Positions 28,831-38,314 of a stretch of DNA of 38,389 bases are shown one piece after another (position 1 is the stretch's first letter; each line of letters begins with the position of its first letter). Source of the DNA: Enterobacteria phage SfI; the sequence record JX509734. One strand, 5' to 3'. A program made the translations under genes and the position numbers. The notes under the pieces were generated by a model that was not told the origin of the DNA, made no database searches, and saw only the letters and a program-made list of their open reading frames with translations.

Positions 28831-29670
28831 TTAATCCTTAACTTTGCCCACCTGCCTTTTAAAACATTCCAGTATATCACTTTTCATTCTTGCGTAGCAA
28901 TATGCCATCTCTTCAGCTATCTCAGCATTGGTGACCTTGTTTAGAGGCGCTGAGAGATGGCCTTTTTCTGATAGATAATGTTCTGTTAAAATATCTCCGG
29001 CCTCATCTTTTGCCCGCAGGCTAATGTCTGAAAATTGAGGTGACGGGTTAAAAATAATATCCTTGGCAACCTTTTTTATATCCCTTTTAAATTTTGGCTT
29101 AATGACTATATCCAATGAGTCAAAAAGCTCCCCTTCAATATCTGTTGCCCCTAAGACCTTTAATATATCGCCAAATACAGGTAGCTTGGCTTCTACCTTC
29201 ACCGTTGTTCGGCCGATGAAATGCATATGCATAACATCGTCTTTGGTGGTTCCCCTCATCAGTGGCTCTATCTGAACGCGCTCTCCACTGCTTAATGACA
29301 TTCCTTTCCCGATTAAAAAATCTGTCAGATCGGATGTGGTCGGCCCGAAAACAGTTCTGGCAAAACCAATGGTGTCGCCTTCAACAAACAAAAAAGATGG
29401 GAATCCCAATGATTCGTCATCTGCGAGGCTGTTCTTAATATCTTCAACTGAAGCTTTAGAGCGATTTATCTTCTGAACCAGACTCTTGTCATTTGTTTTG
29501 GTAAAGAGAAAAGTTTTTCCATCGATTTTATGAATATACAAATAATTGGAGCCAACCTGCAGGTGATGATTATCAGCCAGCAGAGAATTAAGGAAAACAG
29601 ACAGGTTTATTGAGCGCTTATCTTTCCCTTTATTTTTGCTGCGGTAAGTCGCATAAAAACCATTCTTCAT
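28831..29670 (-). CDS. rexA: RexA, sensor of the Rex exclusion system
   Basis: 279-aa ORF (MKNGFYATYRSKNKGKDKRSINLSVFLNSLLADNHHLQVG...) downstream of cI; matches lambda RexA in size and sequence as remembered. Confidence 0.85.
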   Translation of the reverse strand: MKNGFYATYRSKNKGKDKRSINLSVFLNSLLADNHHLQVGSNYLYIHKIDGKTFLFTKTNDKSLVQKINRSKASVEDIKNSLADDESLGFPSFLFVEGDTIGFARTVFGPTTSDLTDFLIGKGMSLSSGERVQIEPLMRGTTKDDVMHMHFIGRTTVKVEAKLPVFGDILKVLGATDIEGELFDSLDIVIKPKFKRDIKKVAKDIIFNPSPQFSDISLRAKDEAGDILTEHYLSEKGHLSAPLNKVTNAEIAEEMAYCYARMKSDILECFKRQVGKVKD

Positions 29671-29782
29671 AATTCAATCCATTTACTATGTTATGTTCTG
29701 AGGGGAGTGAAAATTCCCCTAATTCGATGAAGATTCTTGCTCAATTGTTATCAGCTATGCGCCGACCAGAACACCTTGCCGA

Positions 29783-30499
<717 letters not shown>

Positions 30500-30506
30500 T
30501 TAAATC

Positions 30507-30572
30507 TATCACCGCAAGGGATAAATATCTAACACCGTGCGTGTTGACTATTTTACCTCTGGCGGTGATAAT
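30507..30572. promoter_or_regulatory. oR3-oR2-oR1 operators with divergent pRM / pR promoters
   Basis: TATCACCGCAAGGGATA (30507-30523), TAACACCGTGCGTGTTG (30530-30546), TACCTCTGGCGGTGATA (30554-30570); pR -35 TTGACT 30544-30549 and -10 GATAAT 30567-30572; cro RBS AGGAGG follows. Confidence 0.88.
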
Positions 30573-30587
30573 GGTTGCATGTACTAA

Positions 30588-30797
<210 letters not shown>

Positions 30798-30804
30798 ATA
30801 ACCC

Positions 30805-30836
30805 CGCTCTTACACATTCCAGCCCTGAAAAAGGGC
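30805..30836 (+). promoter_or_regulatory. nutR site (boxA CGCTCTTA plus boxB GCCCTGAAAAAGGGC)
   Basis: CGCTCTTACACATTCCAGCCCTGAAAAAGGGC between cro and cII. Confidence 0.75.
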
Positions 30837-30915
30837 ATCAAATTAAACCACACCTATGGTGTATGCATTTATTTGCATACATTCAATCAATTGTTATCTA
30901 AGGAAATACTTACAT

Positions 30916-31209
30916 ATGGTTCGTGCAAACAAACGCAACGAGGCTCTACGAATCGAGAGTGCGTTGCTTAACAAAATCGCAATGCTTGGAACTGAGAAGA
31001 CAGCGGAAGCTGTGGGCGTTGATAAGTCGCAGATCAGCAGGTGGAAGAGGGACTGGATTCCAAAGTTCTCAATGCTGCTTGCTGTTCTTGAATGGGGGGT
31101 CGTTGACGACGACATGGCTCGATTGGCGCGACAAGTTGCTGCGATTCTCACCAATAAAAAACGCCCGGCGGCAACCGAGCGTTCTGAACAAATCCAGATG
31201 GAGTTCTGA
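30916..31209 (+). CDS. cII: cII transcriptional activator
   Basis: Track ORF 30856..31209; true start at MVRANKRNEALRIESALLNKIAMLGTEKTAEAVGVDKSQISRWKRDWIPKF... (97 aa). Confidence 0.9.
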   Translation: MVRANKRNEALRIESALLNKIAMLGTEKTAEAVGVDKSQISRWKRDWIPKFSMLLAVLEWGVVDDDMARLARQVAAILTNKKRPAATERSEQIQMEF

Positions 31210-31241
31210 GGTCATTACTGGATCTATCAACAGGAGTCATT

Positions 31242-32141
31242 ATGACAAATACAGCAAAAATACTCAACTTCGGCAGAGGTAACTTTGCCGGACAGGAGCG
31301 TAATGTGGCAGATCTCGATGATGGTTACGCCAGACTATCAAATATGCTGCTTGAGGCTTATTCGGGCGCAGATCTGACCAAGCGACAGTTTAAAGTGCTG
31401 CTTGCCATTCTGCGTAAAACCTATGGGTGGAATAAACCAATGGACAGAATCACCGATTCTCAACTTAGCGAGATTACAAAGTTACCCGTCAAACGGTGCA
31501 ATGAAGCCAAGTTAGAACTCGTCAGAATGAATATTATCAAGCAGCAAGGCGGCATGTTTGGACCAAATAAAAACATCTCAGAATGGTGCATCCCTCAAAA
31601 CGAGGGAAAATCCCCTAAAACGAGGGATAAAACATCCCTCAAATTGGGGGATTGCTATCCCTCAAAACAGGGGGACACAAAAGACACTATTACAAAAGAA
31701 AAAAGAAAAGATTATTCGTCCGAGAATTCTGGCGAATCCTCTGACCAGCCAGAAAACGATCTTTCTGTGGTTAAACCGGATGCTGCAATTCAGAGCGGCA
31801 GCAAGTGGGGGACAGCAGAAGACCTGACCGCCGCAGAGTGGATGTTTGACATGGTGAAGACCATCGCGCCATCAGCCAGAAAACCGAATTTTGCAGGGTG
31901 GGCTAACGATATCCGCCTGATGCGTGAACGTGACGGACGTAACCACCGCGACATGTGCGTGCTGTTCCGCTGGGCATGCCAGGACAACTTCTGGTCCGGT
32001 AACGTGCTGAGTCCGGCCAAACTCCGCGACAAGTGGACCCAGCTCGAAATCAACCGAAACAAGCAACAGGCTGGCGTGACAGCCGGCAAACCAAAACTCG
32101 ACCTGACGAACACTGACTGGATTTACGGGGTGGATTTATGA
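31242..32141 (+). CDS. O: Replication initiator O
   Basis: 299-aa ORF (MTNTAKILNFGRGNFAGQERNVADLDDGYARLSNMLLEAYSG...) containing the ori iterons; coupled to P. Confidence 0.9.
   Translation: MTNTAKILNFGRGNFAGQERNVADLDDGYARLSNMLLEAYSGADLTKRQFKVLLAILRKTYGWNKPMDRITDSQLSEITKLPVKRCNEAKLELVRMNIIKQQGGMFGPNKNISEWCIPQNEGKSPKTRDKTSLKLGDCYPSKQGDTKDTITKEKRKDYSSENSGESSDQPENDLSVVKPDAAIQSGSKWGTAEDLTAAEWMFDMVKTIAPSARKPNFAGWANDIRLMRERDGRNHRDMCVLFRWACQDNFWSGNVLSPAKLRDKWTQLEINRNKQQAGVTAGKPKLDLTNTDWIYGVDL
31591..31675 (+). repeat. Replication origin iterons (four O-binding repeats) with adjacent AT-rich region
   Basis: Four spaced repeats of the TCCCTCAAAACGAGGGA type at 31591, 31611, 31635 and 31658, followed by an A-rich stretch at 31676-31720, inside the O gene. 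Confidence 0.78.
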
Positions 32142-32839
32142 AAAACATCGCCGCACAGATGGTTAACTTTGACCGTGAGCAGATGCGCCGGATCGCCAAC
32201 AATATGCCGGAACAGTACGACGAAAAGCCGCAGGTACAGCAGGTAGCGCAGATCATCAACGGTGTGTTCAGCCAGTTACTGGCAACTTTCCCGGCGAGCC
32301 TGGCTAACCGTGACCAGAATGAACTGAACGAAATCCGCCGCCAGTGGGTTCTGGCTTTCCGGGAAAACGGGATCACCACAATGGAACAGGTTAACGCTGG
32401 AATGCGCGTAGCCCGTCGGCAGAATCGACCATTCCTGCCATCACCCGGGCAGTTTGTCGCCTGGTGCCGGGAAGAAGCATCTGTTAACGCCGGGCTGCCA
32501 AACGTCAGCGAGCTGGTTGATATGGTTTACGAGTATTGCCGGAAGCGTGGCCTGTATCCGGATGCAGAGTCTTATCCGTGGAAATCGAACGCGCATTACT
32601 GGTTGGTTACCAACTTGTACCAGAACATGCGGGCCAATGCGCTGGCTGACGCGGAATTACGGCGCAAGGCTGCCGATGAACTGACCTGTATGACAGCGCG
32701 AATTAACCGTGGTGAGACGATACCTGAACCAGTAAAACAACTTCCTGTTATGGGCGGTAGACCTCTAAATCGTGCACAGGCTCTGGCGAAGATCGCAGAA
32801 ATTAAAGCTAAGTTCGGACTGAAAGGAGCAAGTGTATGA
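32138..32839 (+). CDS. P: Replication protein P (DnaB helicase loader)
   Basis: 233-aa ORF ATGA-coupled to O, matching lambda P as remembered. Confidence 0.9.
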   Translation: MKNIAAQMVNFDREQMRRIANNMPEQYDEKPQVQQVAQIINGVFSQLLATFPASLANRDQNELNEIRRQWVLAFRENGITTMEQVNAGMRVARRQNRPFLPSPGQFVAWCREEASVNAGLPNVSELVDMVYEYCRKRGLYPDAESYPWKSNAHYWLVTNLYQNMRANALADAELRRKAADELTCMTARINRGETIPEPVKQLPVMGGRPLNRAQALAKIAEIKAKFGLKGASV

Positions 32840-33126
32840 CGGGCAAAGAGGCAATTATTCATTACCTGGGGACGCATAAGAGCTTCTGTGCACAGGACGT
32901 TGCCGCGGTAACAGGCGCAACCGTAACCAGCATAAATCAGGCTGCGGCTAAAATGGCGCGGGCAGGAATCCTGGTCGTTGATGGTAAGGTCTGGCGAACG
33001 GTGTATTACCGGTTCGCTACCAGAGAAGAATGGGAAGGAAAGGTGAGCACGAATCTGATTTTTAAGGAGTGTCGCCAGAGTGCCGCGATGAAACGGGTAT
33101 TGGCGGTATATGGAGTTAAAAGATGA
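32836..33126 (+). CDS. ren: Ren (Rex exclusion escape)
   Basis: 96-aa ORF coupled to P; MTGKEAIIHYLGTHKSFCAQDVAAVTGATVTSINQAAAKMARAGILVVDGK... Confidence 0.78.
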   Translation: MTGKEAIIHYLGTHKSFCAQDVAAVTGATVTSINQAAAKMARAGILVVDGKVWRTVYYRFATREEWEGKVSTNLIFKECRQSAAMKRVLAVYGVKR

Positions 33127-33151
33127 CCATCTACATTACTGAGCTAATAAC

Positions 33152-33183
33152 AGGCCTGCTGGTAATCGCAGGCCTTTTTATTT
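33152..33183 (+). terminator. Rho-independent terminator (tR2-like)
   Basis: AGGCCTGC / GCAGGCCT 8-bp stem with 8-nt loop followed by TTTTTATTT, between ren and ninB. Confidence 0.6.
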
Positions 33184-33199
33184 GGGGGAGAGGGAAGTC

Positions 33200-33640
33200 A
33201 TGAAAAAACTAACCTTTGAAATTCGATCTCCAGCACATCAGCAAAACGCTATTCACGCAGTACAGCAAATTCTTCCAGACCCAACCAAACCAATCGTAGT
33301 AACCATTCAGGAACGCAACCGCAGCTTAGACCAAAACCGAAAGCTTTGGGCTTGCCTTGGTGACGTCTCTCGTCAGGTTGAATGGCATGGTCGCTGGCTG
33401 GATGCAGAAAGCTGGAAGTGTGTGTTTACCGCAGCATTAAAGCAGCAGGACGTTGTTCCTAACCTTGCCGGGAATGGCTTTGTGGTAATAGGCCAGTCAA
33501 CCAGCAGGATGCGTGTAAGCGAATTTGCGGAGCTATTAGAGCTTATACAGGCATTCGGTACAGAGCGTGGCGTTAAGTGGTCAGACGAAGCGCGACTAGC
33601 TCTCGAATGGAAAGCGCGATGGGGAGATCGGGCTGCATGA
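33200..33640 (+). CDS. ninB: NinB (Orf family recombination mediator)
   Basis: Track ORF 33182..33640; start taken at MKKLTFEIRSPAHQQNAIHAVQQILPDPTKPIVVTIQERNRSLDQNRKLWA... Confidence 0.8.
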   Translation: MKKLTFEIRSPAHQQNAIHAVQQILPDPTKPIVVTIQERNRSLDQNRKLWACLGDVSRQVEWHGRWLDAESWKCVFTAALKQQDVVPNLAGNGFVVIGQSTSRMRVSEFAELLELIQAFGTERGVKWSDEARLALEWKARWGDRAA

Positions 33641-34164
33641 CTATCAAATCAAATACGCCAGCACACGACAAGGACTGCTGGCAAACGCCGCTTTGGCTTT
33701 TTGATGCACTGGATATTGAGTTTGGATTCTGGCTGGATTCGGCAGCGAGCGACAAAAATGCTCTGTGCGCTCACTGGTTAACTGAGGCCGACGACGCGCT
33801 AAATTCTGAGTGGATAAGCCACGGTGCAATCTGGAATAACCCACCGTACAGCAATATCAGGCCGTGGGTGGAAAAAGCCGCTGAGCAGTGCATACAACAG
33901 CGACAGACGGTAGTGATGCTTGTGCCAGAGGATATGTCTGTCGGATGGTTCAGCAAGGCTCTGGAGAGTATTGACGAAGTTCGCATCATCACTGATGGAC
34001 GGATTAATTTTATCGAACCATCGACAGGGCTGGAGAAGAAGGGAAACAGCAAAGGTTCCATGCTGCTGATTTGGCGACCGTTCATCAATCCTCGACGGAT
34101 GTTTACTACCGTATCCAAAGCGGCATTGATGGCGATCGGGCAGGGCGTCAGGAGGGCAGCATGA
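33637..34164 (+). CDS. Phage Dam-like DNA N6-adenine methyltransferase (NPPY motif)
   Basis: Track ORF 33577..34164; ATG at 33637 is ATGA-coupled to the ninB stop; the 175-aa product has the WNNPPYS motif typical of N6-adenine methyltransferases; occupies the position of lambda ninC. Confidence 0.68.
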   Translation: MTIKSNTPAHDKDCWQTPLWLFDALDIEFGFWLDSAASDKNALCAHWLTEADDALNSEWISHGAIWNNPPYSNIRPWVEKAAEQCIQQRQTVVMLVPEDMSVGWFSKALESIDEVRIITDGRINFIEPSTGLEKKGNSKGSMLLIWRPFINPRRMFTTVSKAALMAIGQGVRRAA

Positions 34165-34343
34165 GACGACAGCGACGAAGTATCACCGACATCATCTGCG
34201 AAAACTGCAAATACCTTCCAACGAAGCGCTCCAGAAATAAACGCAAGCCAATCCCAAAAGAATCTGACGTAAAAACCTTCAACTACACGGCTCACCTGTG
34301 GGATATCCGGTGGCTTAGAGAACGTGCGAGGAAAACAAGGTGA
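34161..34343 (+). CDS. ninE: NinE-like protein
   Basis: 60-aa frame ([60 protein letters not shown]) inside track ORF 34071..34343; coupled to the methyltransferase stop. Confidence 0.6.
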   Translation: MRRQRRSITDIICENCKYLPTKRSRNKRKPIPKESDVKTFNYTAHLWDIRWLRERARKTR

Positions 34344-34510
34344 TTGACCAAAATCGAAGTTACGAACAAGGAAGTGTCGAGCGAGCTTTAACGTGCGCTA
34401 ACTGCGGTCAGAAGCTGCATGTGCTGGAAGTTCACGTGTGTGAGCACTGCTGCGCAGAACTGATGAGCGATCCGAATAGCTCGATGCACGAGGAAGAAGA
34501 CGATGGCTAA
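34340..34510 (+). CDS. ninF: NinF-like small Cys-rich protein (GTG start)
   Basis: 56-aa frame read by hand ([56 protein letters not shown]); overlaps ninE and ninG ends. Confidence 0.5.
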
Positions 34511-35114
34511 ACCAGCGCGAAGACGATGTAAAAACGATGAATGTCGGGAATGGTTTCACCCTGCATTCGCCAATCAGTGGTGGTGCTCTCCAGAGTGTGG
34601 AACCAAGATAGCACTCGAACGACGAAGCAAAGAACGCGAAAAAGCGGAAAAGGCAGCAGAGAAGAAACGACGACGAGAGGAGCAGAAACAGAAAGATAAA
34701 CTTAAGATTCGAAAACTCGCCTTAAAGCCCCGCAGTTACTGGATTAAACAAGCCCAACAAGCCGTAAACGCCTTCATCAGAGAAAGAGACCGCGACTTAC
34801 CATGTATCTCGTGCGGAACGCTCACGTCTGCTCAGTGGGATGCCGGGCATTACCGGACAACTGCTGCGGCGCCTCAACTCCGATTTGATGAACGCAATAT
34901 TCACAAGCAATGCGTGGTGTGCAACCAGCACAAAAGCGGAAATCTCGTTCCGTATCGCGTCGAACTGATTAGCCGCATCGGGCAGGAAGCAGTAGACGAA
35001 ATCGAATCAAACCATAACCGCCATCGCTGGACTGTCGAAGAGTGCAGGGCCATCAAGGCGGAGTATCAGCAGAAACTCAAAGACCTGCGAAACAGCAGAA
35101 GTGAGGCCGCATGA
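34503..35114 (+). CDS. ninG: NinG / Rap recombination endonuclease
   Basis: 203-aa ORF with N-terminal Cys cluster (CKNDECREW...CSPEC) and basic region, as in lambda NinG. Confidence 0.78.
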
Positions 35115-35157
35115 CGTTCTCAGTAAAAACCATTCCAGATCACAAGGGAGAAGGCGC

Positions 35158-35646
35158 ATGGGCATAAGAGAACTAAACCTCACCAAAGAACAGCACGAGT
35201 GGCTGAATGGCTGGCTTGAACTGTGGGGCGCATGGGTTTATTCAGGTCGTCTGGAAAAGCGCATGAGCAGCGTAATAGCTAAGTTCATGGAGAGCGTAGA
35301 GCCGGGAAGAGTTATGACAAGGCCAATGTGTAATGATGATGATGGAATGTTGATTTCTCAGGTCGTCGATTCCGTCATGTACATTGACAAGAAAGCCTTT
35401 GGTATCCTCCTCAGCTACTACGCCCACGGCTCTTCCAAGCACGCCATTGCATCTTACTATCATCGCGTCGCAAGACCTCGCAAGATGTTATGCCGGGGCG
35501 GCGGGCGCATTCAAAAACCATCGCTCGCAACCTGTCGACGGGAAGTTGACGAAATCCTCAATGCCTCGTTGTTTATGATTTACCCGGTTCTGGATAGTGC
35601 GTTTAAAAACCGGAAACGTGTAGAGAAAATTAAACATGTAGCATAG
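35158..35646 (+). CDS. Q: Late-gene antiterminator Q (non-lambda, phage 21/82-like type)
   Basis: Track ORF 35101..35646; GGGAGAAGG RBS favours the ATG at 35158; position after the nin genes and before the late promoter, tRNAs and lysis genes; the family call is from context. Confidence 0.55.
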   Translation: MGIRELNLTKEQHEWLNGWLELWGAWVYSGRLEKRMSSVIAKFMESVEPGRVMTRPMCNDDDGMLISQVVDSVMYIDKKAFGILLSYYAHGSSKHAIASYYHRVARPRKMLCRGGGRIQKPSLATCRREVDEILNASLFMIYPVLDSAFKNRKRVEKIKHVA

Positions 35647-35737
35647 AACGTGTTGACATCATTGAGCAAATGAGCAACACTATTCGCATAAGCTGCCGTT
35701 AGTGACTCTTAAGTTGCAACGGTGGCTTTTTTTATTT

Positions 35738-35812
35738 GGGTCAGTCGTATAAAGGTCATTACGGAAGGCTGTTAACCTTCTTATCGTGGTTCGAGTCCAC
35801 GCTGTCCCGCCA
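35738..35812 (+). tRNA. tRNA, anticodon GTT by hand fold (Asn-like); slightly imperfect stems
   Basis: 75 nt with CCA end; perfect anticodon stem GAAGG/CCTTC with loop CTGTTAA, T-arm CGTGG-TTCGAGT-CCACG, one T-T mismatch in the acceptor stem and a 3-bp D-stem. Confidence 0.5.
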
Positions 35813-35817
35813 AATAT

Positions 35818-35893
35818 GCTGGTTTAGCTCCAATGGTAGAGCGGTCGCCTTGTAAGCGAATGGGTAGCGGTTCAAGTCCGTTAACCAGCACCA
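35818..35893 (+). tRNA. tRNA-Thr (anticodon TGT) by hand fold
   Basis: 76 nt; perfect 7-bp acceptor stem (GCTGGTT/AACCAGC), D-stem GCTC/GAGC, anticodon loop CTTGTAA, T-loop TTCAAGT, 3-prime ACCA. Confidence 0.72.
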
Positions 35894-36011
35894 TAACTGA
35901 GCCGTAGTCACTGGATGTCCTGAATTCATCAGTGATAGTTATGCTGCGGTCTTCTTTTTCTCCCTTCCCAATATAAGAACTACGCAATCCGTTACTGGCG
36001 GAGGCGTTGCT

Positions 36012-36227
36012 ATGAAATCAATGGACAAAATCTCAACTGGCATTGCCTACGGAACATCCGCTGGTAGTGCGGGATACTGGTTTTTGCAGTGGTTGGATCA
36101 GGTCAGTCCATCACAGTGGGCTGCGATTGGGGTGCTTGGAAGCCTTGTGTTGGGCTTTCTCACCTATCTGACAAATCTGTACTTCAAAATCAGAGAAGAC
36201 AGAAGAAAGGCTGCGAGAGGTGAATAA
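36012..36227 (+). CDS. S: Pinholin S (phage 21 S21-type, dual-start motif)
   Basis: 71-aa [74 protein letters not shown] with Met1/Met4 dual start and two TM segments; matches S21 as remembered. Confidence 0.85.
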   Translation: MKSMDKISTGIAYGTSAGSAGYWFLQWLDQVSPSQWAAIGVLGSLVLGFLTYLTNLYFKIREDRRKAARGE

Positions 36228-36724
36228 TGCCTCCATCATTACGAAAAGCCGTTGCTGCGGCTATTGGTGGCGGGGCTATTGCTATAGCATCTGTGTTAAT
36301 CACTGGCCCAAGTGGTAACGATGGTCTGGAAGGCGTCAGCTACTTACCATATAAAGATATCGTTGGTGTATGGACTGTATGTTACGGGCATACCGGAAAA
36401 GACATTATGCTCGGTAAAACGTATACCGAAGCAGAATGCAAAGCCCTCCTGAATAAAGACCTTGCCACTGTCGCCAGACAAATTAACCCGTACATCAAAG
36501 TCGATATACCGGAAACAACGCGCGGCGCTCTTTACTCGTTCGTTTACAACGTTGGTGCTGGAAATTTCAGAACATCGACGCTTCTTCGCAAAATAAACCA
36601 GGGCGATATCAAAGGCGCATGTGATCAGCTACGGCGCTGGACATACGCTGGCGGTAAGCAATGGAAAGGGCTGATGACTCGCCGTGAGATTGAGCGTGAA
36701 GTCTGTTTGTGGGGGCAACAATGA
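36227..36724 (+). CDS. R: SAR endolysin R (T4-lysozyme-like muramidase with N-terminal signal-arrest-release helix)
   Basis: 165-aa ORF with Gly/Ala-rich hydrophobic N-terminus ([18 protein letters not shown]) followed by a lysozyme-like domain; TAATG-coupled to S. Confidence 0.85.
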   Translation: MPPSLRKAVAAAIGGGAIAIASVLITGPSGNDGLEGVSYLPYKDIVGVWTVCYGHTGKDIMLGKTYTEAECKALLNKDLATVARQINPYIKVDIPETTRGALYSFVYNVGAGNFRTSTLLRKINQGDIKGACDQLRRWTYAGGKQWKGLMTRREIEREVCLWGQQ

Positions 36725-37164
36725 GTAGAGTAACCGCGATTATCTCCGCTCTGGTTATCTGCATCATCGTCTGCCTGTCATGGGCTGTTAATCATTACCG
36801 TGATAACGCCATGACCTACAAAGAACAGCGCGACAAAGCCACATCCATCATCGCTGACATGCAGAAGCGTCAACATGATGTAGCTGAACTCGACGCCAGA
36901 TACACAAAGGAGCTTGCTGATGCTAACGCGACTATCGAAAGTCTTCGTGCTGATGTTTCTGCTGGTCGTAAGTGGCTGCACGTCAAAGCAGTCTGTCCGG
37001 ACAAGCATAAAACCACCGCCGCCTCCGGCGTGGATGATGCTTCCAGCCCCAGACTTACTGACACCGCTCAACGGGATTATTTCGTTCTCAGAGAGCGCAT
37101 CGAAACCATAACTAACCAATTGAATGGCCTGCAAGAATATGTGAGATCACAGTGTTCATATTAG
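36721..37164 (+). CDS. Rz: Rz spanin, inner-membrane subunit
   Basis: Track ORF 36709..37164; ATG at 36721 overlaps the R stop; N-terminal TM helix then coiled-coil periplasmic domain. Confidence 0.75.
   Translation: MSRVTAIISALVICIIVCLSWAVNHYRDNAMTYKEQRDKATSIIADMQKRQHDVAELDARYTKELADANATIESLRADVSAGRKWLHVKAVCPDKHKTTAASGVDDASSPRLTDTAQRDYFVLRERIETITNQLNGLQEYVRSQCSY
36914..37111 (+). CDS. Rz1: Rz1 spanin, outer-membrane lipoprotein, embedded in Rz in the +1 frame
   Basis: 65-aa ORF with signal peptide and lipobox LVVSGC followed by a proline-rich segment ([13 protein letters not shown]); wholly inside Rz. Confidence 0.58.
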   Translation: MLMLTRLSKVFVLMFLLVVSGCTSKQSVRTSIKPPPPPAWMMLPAPDLLTPLNGIISFSESASKP

Positions 37165-37202
37165 AAAAGTCTTATCATAAGATTTTTGTATATGGATGCA
37201 TT

Positions 37203-37577
37203 ATGTCTCAATACGCTCACGTTGCTTTAATCGCTTATCATTTGGTGGCTGATAGCTCAATGACTCCTCGTGATGCATGGGATGCAGCTATCGCAGAGGT
37301 TACAGAAAGCGAATCGTCAAGAAAGAAGATATGCCCAAGGGCAACATTTCTCGCCCTGGCGGATAGCGGTTACCTGAAGAATGTAAAACCACTGCATGGG
37401 GAGAAAAAAGGCGGTAAGTTGTACCAAAGGGCAATTGAAGTTGCGAATCTGATTCTTGATTTACCCGGAATCAGTAAAGCTGAATTGGTTGATAAAACTG
37501 GTTACAAAGACAGGCAAGGGTCTTATGACCTGATTCTCGCTCTGTATCATCATGAGCAACTCCAGCGATCGGAATAA
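37203..37577 (+). CDS. Hypothetical protein (moron between lysis and packaging genes)
   Basis: Track ORF 37152..37577; start chosen at the ATG at 37203 to avoid overlap with Rz (37152 is also possible); followed by an AT-rich intergenic region. Confidence 0.45.
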   Translation: MSQYAHVALIAYHLVADSSMTPRDAWDAAIAEVTESESSRKKICPRATFLALADSGYLKNVKPLHGEKKGGKLYQRAIEVANLILDLPGISKAELVDKTGYKDRQGSYDLILALYHHEQLQRSE

Positions 37578-37694
37578 TTATCCCAGCATCAGTGTCAAAA
37601 ATAGGCAGTGATACGCTATTTTCCTGAAAATACTTTACTAACATTTTATGAGAATTATCCTAGTAATGTGTTTATTTAAAAGGAGTTTGGGTTT

Positions 37695-37898
37695 ATGAAA
37701 ATTCTCTGGGTCATCAGTCTTTTGTGTAGTGCTATTGGATTTATTGAAGGAATCCTCGGGGTTTTCGGTGCTCAGAGTGCTCCACAACAGGCTGCAGGTG
37801 CAGCAATGGGAGTAGCATGGGCAGTTATTCCATATTGTATTTGTCGTGCTATCCAACAATTGCGCCCTCGAGAAGTCATTATTAAAAAGGAAGAATGA
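37695..37898 (+). CDS. Small membrane protein (67 aa)
   Basis: GGAG RBS 8 nt upstream; hydrophobic N-terminus and a second hydrophobic segment; AT-rich; followed by its own terminator. Confidence 0.5.
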   Translation: MKILWVISLLCSAIGFIEGILGVFGAQSAPQQAAGAAMGVAWAVIPYCICRAIQQLRPREVIIKKEE

Positions 37899-37929
37899 CC
37901 AGATCTTATCCGGTGTTTTTTCTGTCTAA

Positions 37930-37951
37930 GCCTCGCGTCGCGGGGCTTTTT
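37930..37951 (+). terminator. Rho-independent terminator after the small membrane-protein gene
   Basis: GCCTCGC / GCGGGGC stem (one G-U pair) with 3-nt loop followed by TTTTTATT, 13 nt before the HNH start. Confidence 0.5.
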
Positions 37952-37963
37952 ATTGGAGCCAGC

Positions 37964-38314
37964 ATGCCACCACGAACCCCAAAAGCCTGCCGTGTTCGCG
38001 GCTGCCGCCATACCACAACTGACCCGTCAGGCTATTGCGAAAGCCACAAAAGTGAAGGCTGGAAGCAATACAAGCCGGGCCAGTCCAGACACCAGCGCGG
38101 TTATGGTTCGAAATGGGATGTTATCCGTGAACGTGTGCTCAAGCGTGACAAAGGACTGTGTCAGTTATGTCTGCGTGGTGGTGTGGTACGTGAGGCGAAA
38201 ACCGTTGACCACATCATCCCTAAAGCGCATGGCGGCACTGATGCCGACAGCAATCTGCAGAGCCTGTGCTGGCCGTGTCATAAGGCGAAGACGGCCCGTG
38301 AACGGTTGAAGTAA
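37964..38314 (+). CDS. HNH endonuclease (terminase-associated, HK97 gp74-like)
   Basis: Track ORF 37895..38314; start taken at the ATG at 37964 (GGAG RBS, downstream of the terminator); Cys-rich N-terminus and DHIIPKAHGG...N...CWPCHKAKT HNH motif; sits at the genome end opposite TerS. Confidence 0.8.
   Translation: MPPRTPKACRVRGCRHTTTDPSGYCESHKSEGWKQYKPGQSRHQRGYGSKWDVIRERVLKRDKGLCQLCLRGGVVREAKTVDHIIPKAHGGTDADSNLQSLCWPCHKAKTARERLK

Noticed and set aside
35653-35735. Late promoter (pR-prime-like) and short leader RNA terminator between Q and the tRNAs
   Set aside because: A TTGACA -35 element (35653-35658) and a T7 run (35727-35733) are present, but the -10 element is poor and the hairpin before the T-run has only about 5-6 bp with a 17-nt loop; too weak to annotate as features.
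35781-35987. Minus-strand 68-aa ORF overlapping the two tRNA genes
   Set aside because: The same DNA folds into tRNA cloverleaves on the plus strand; protein coding on the opposite strand is implausible.
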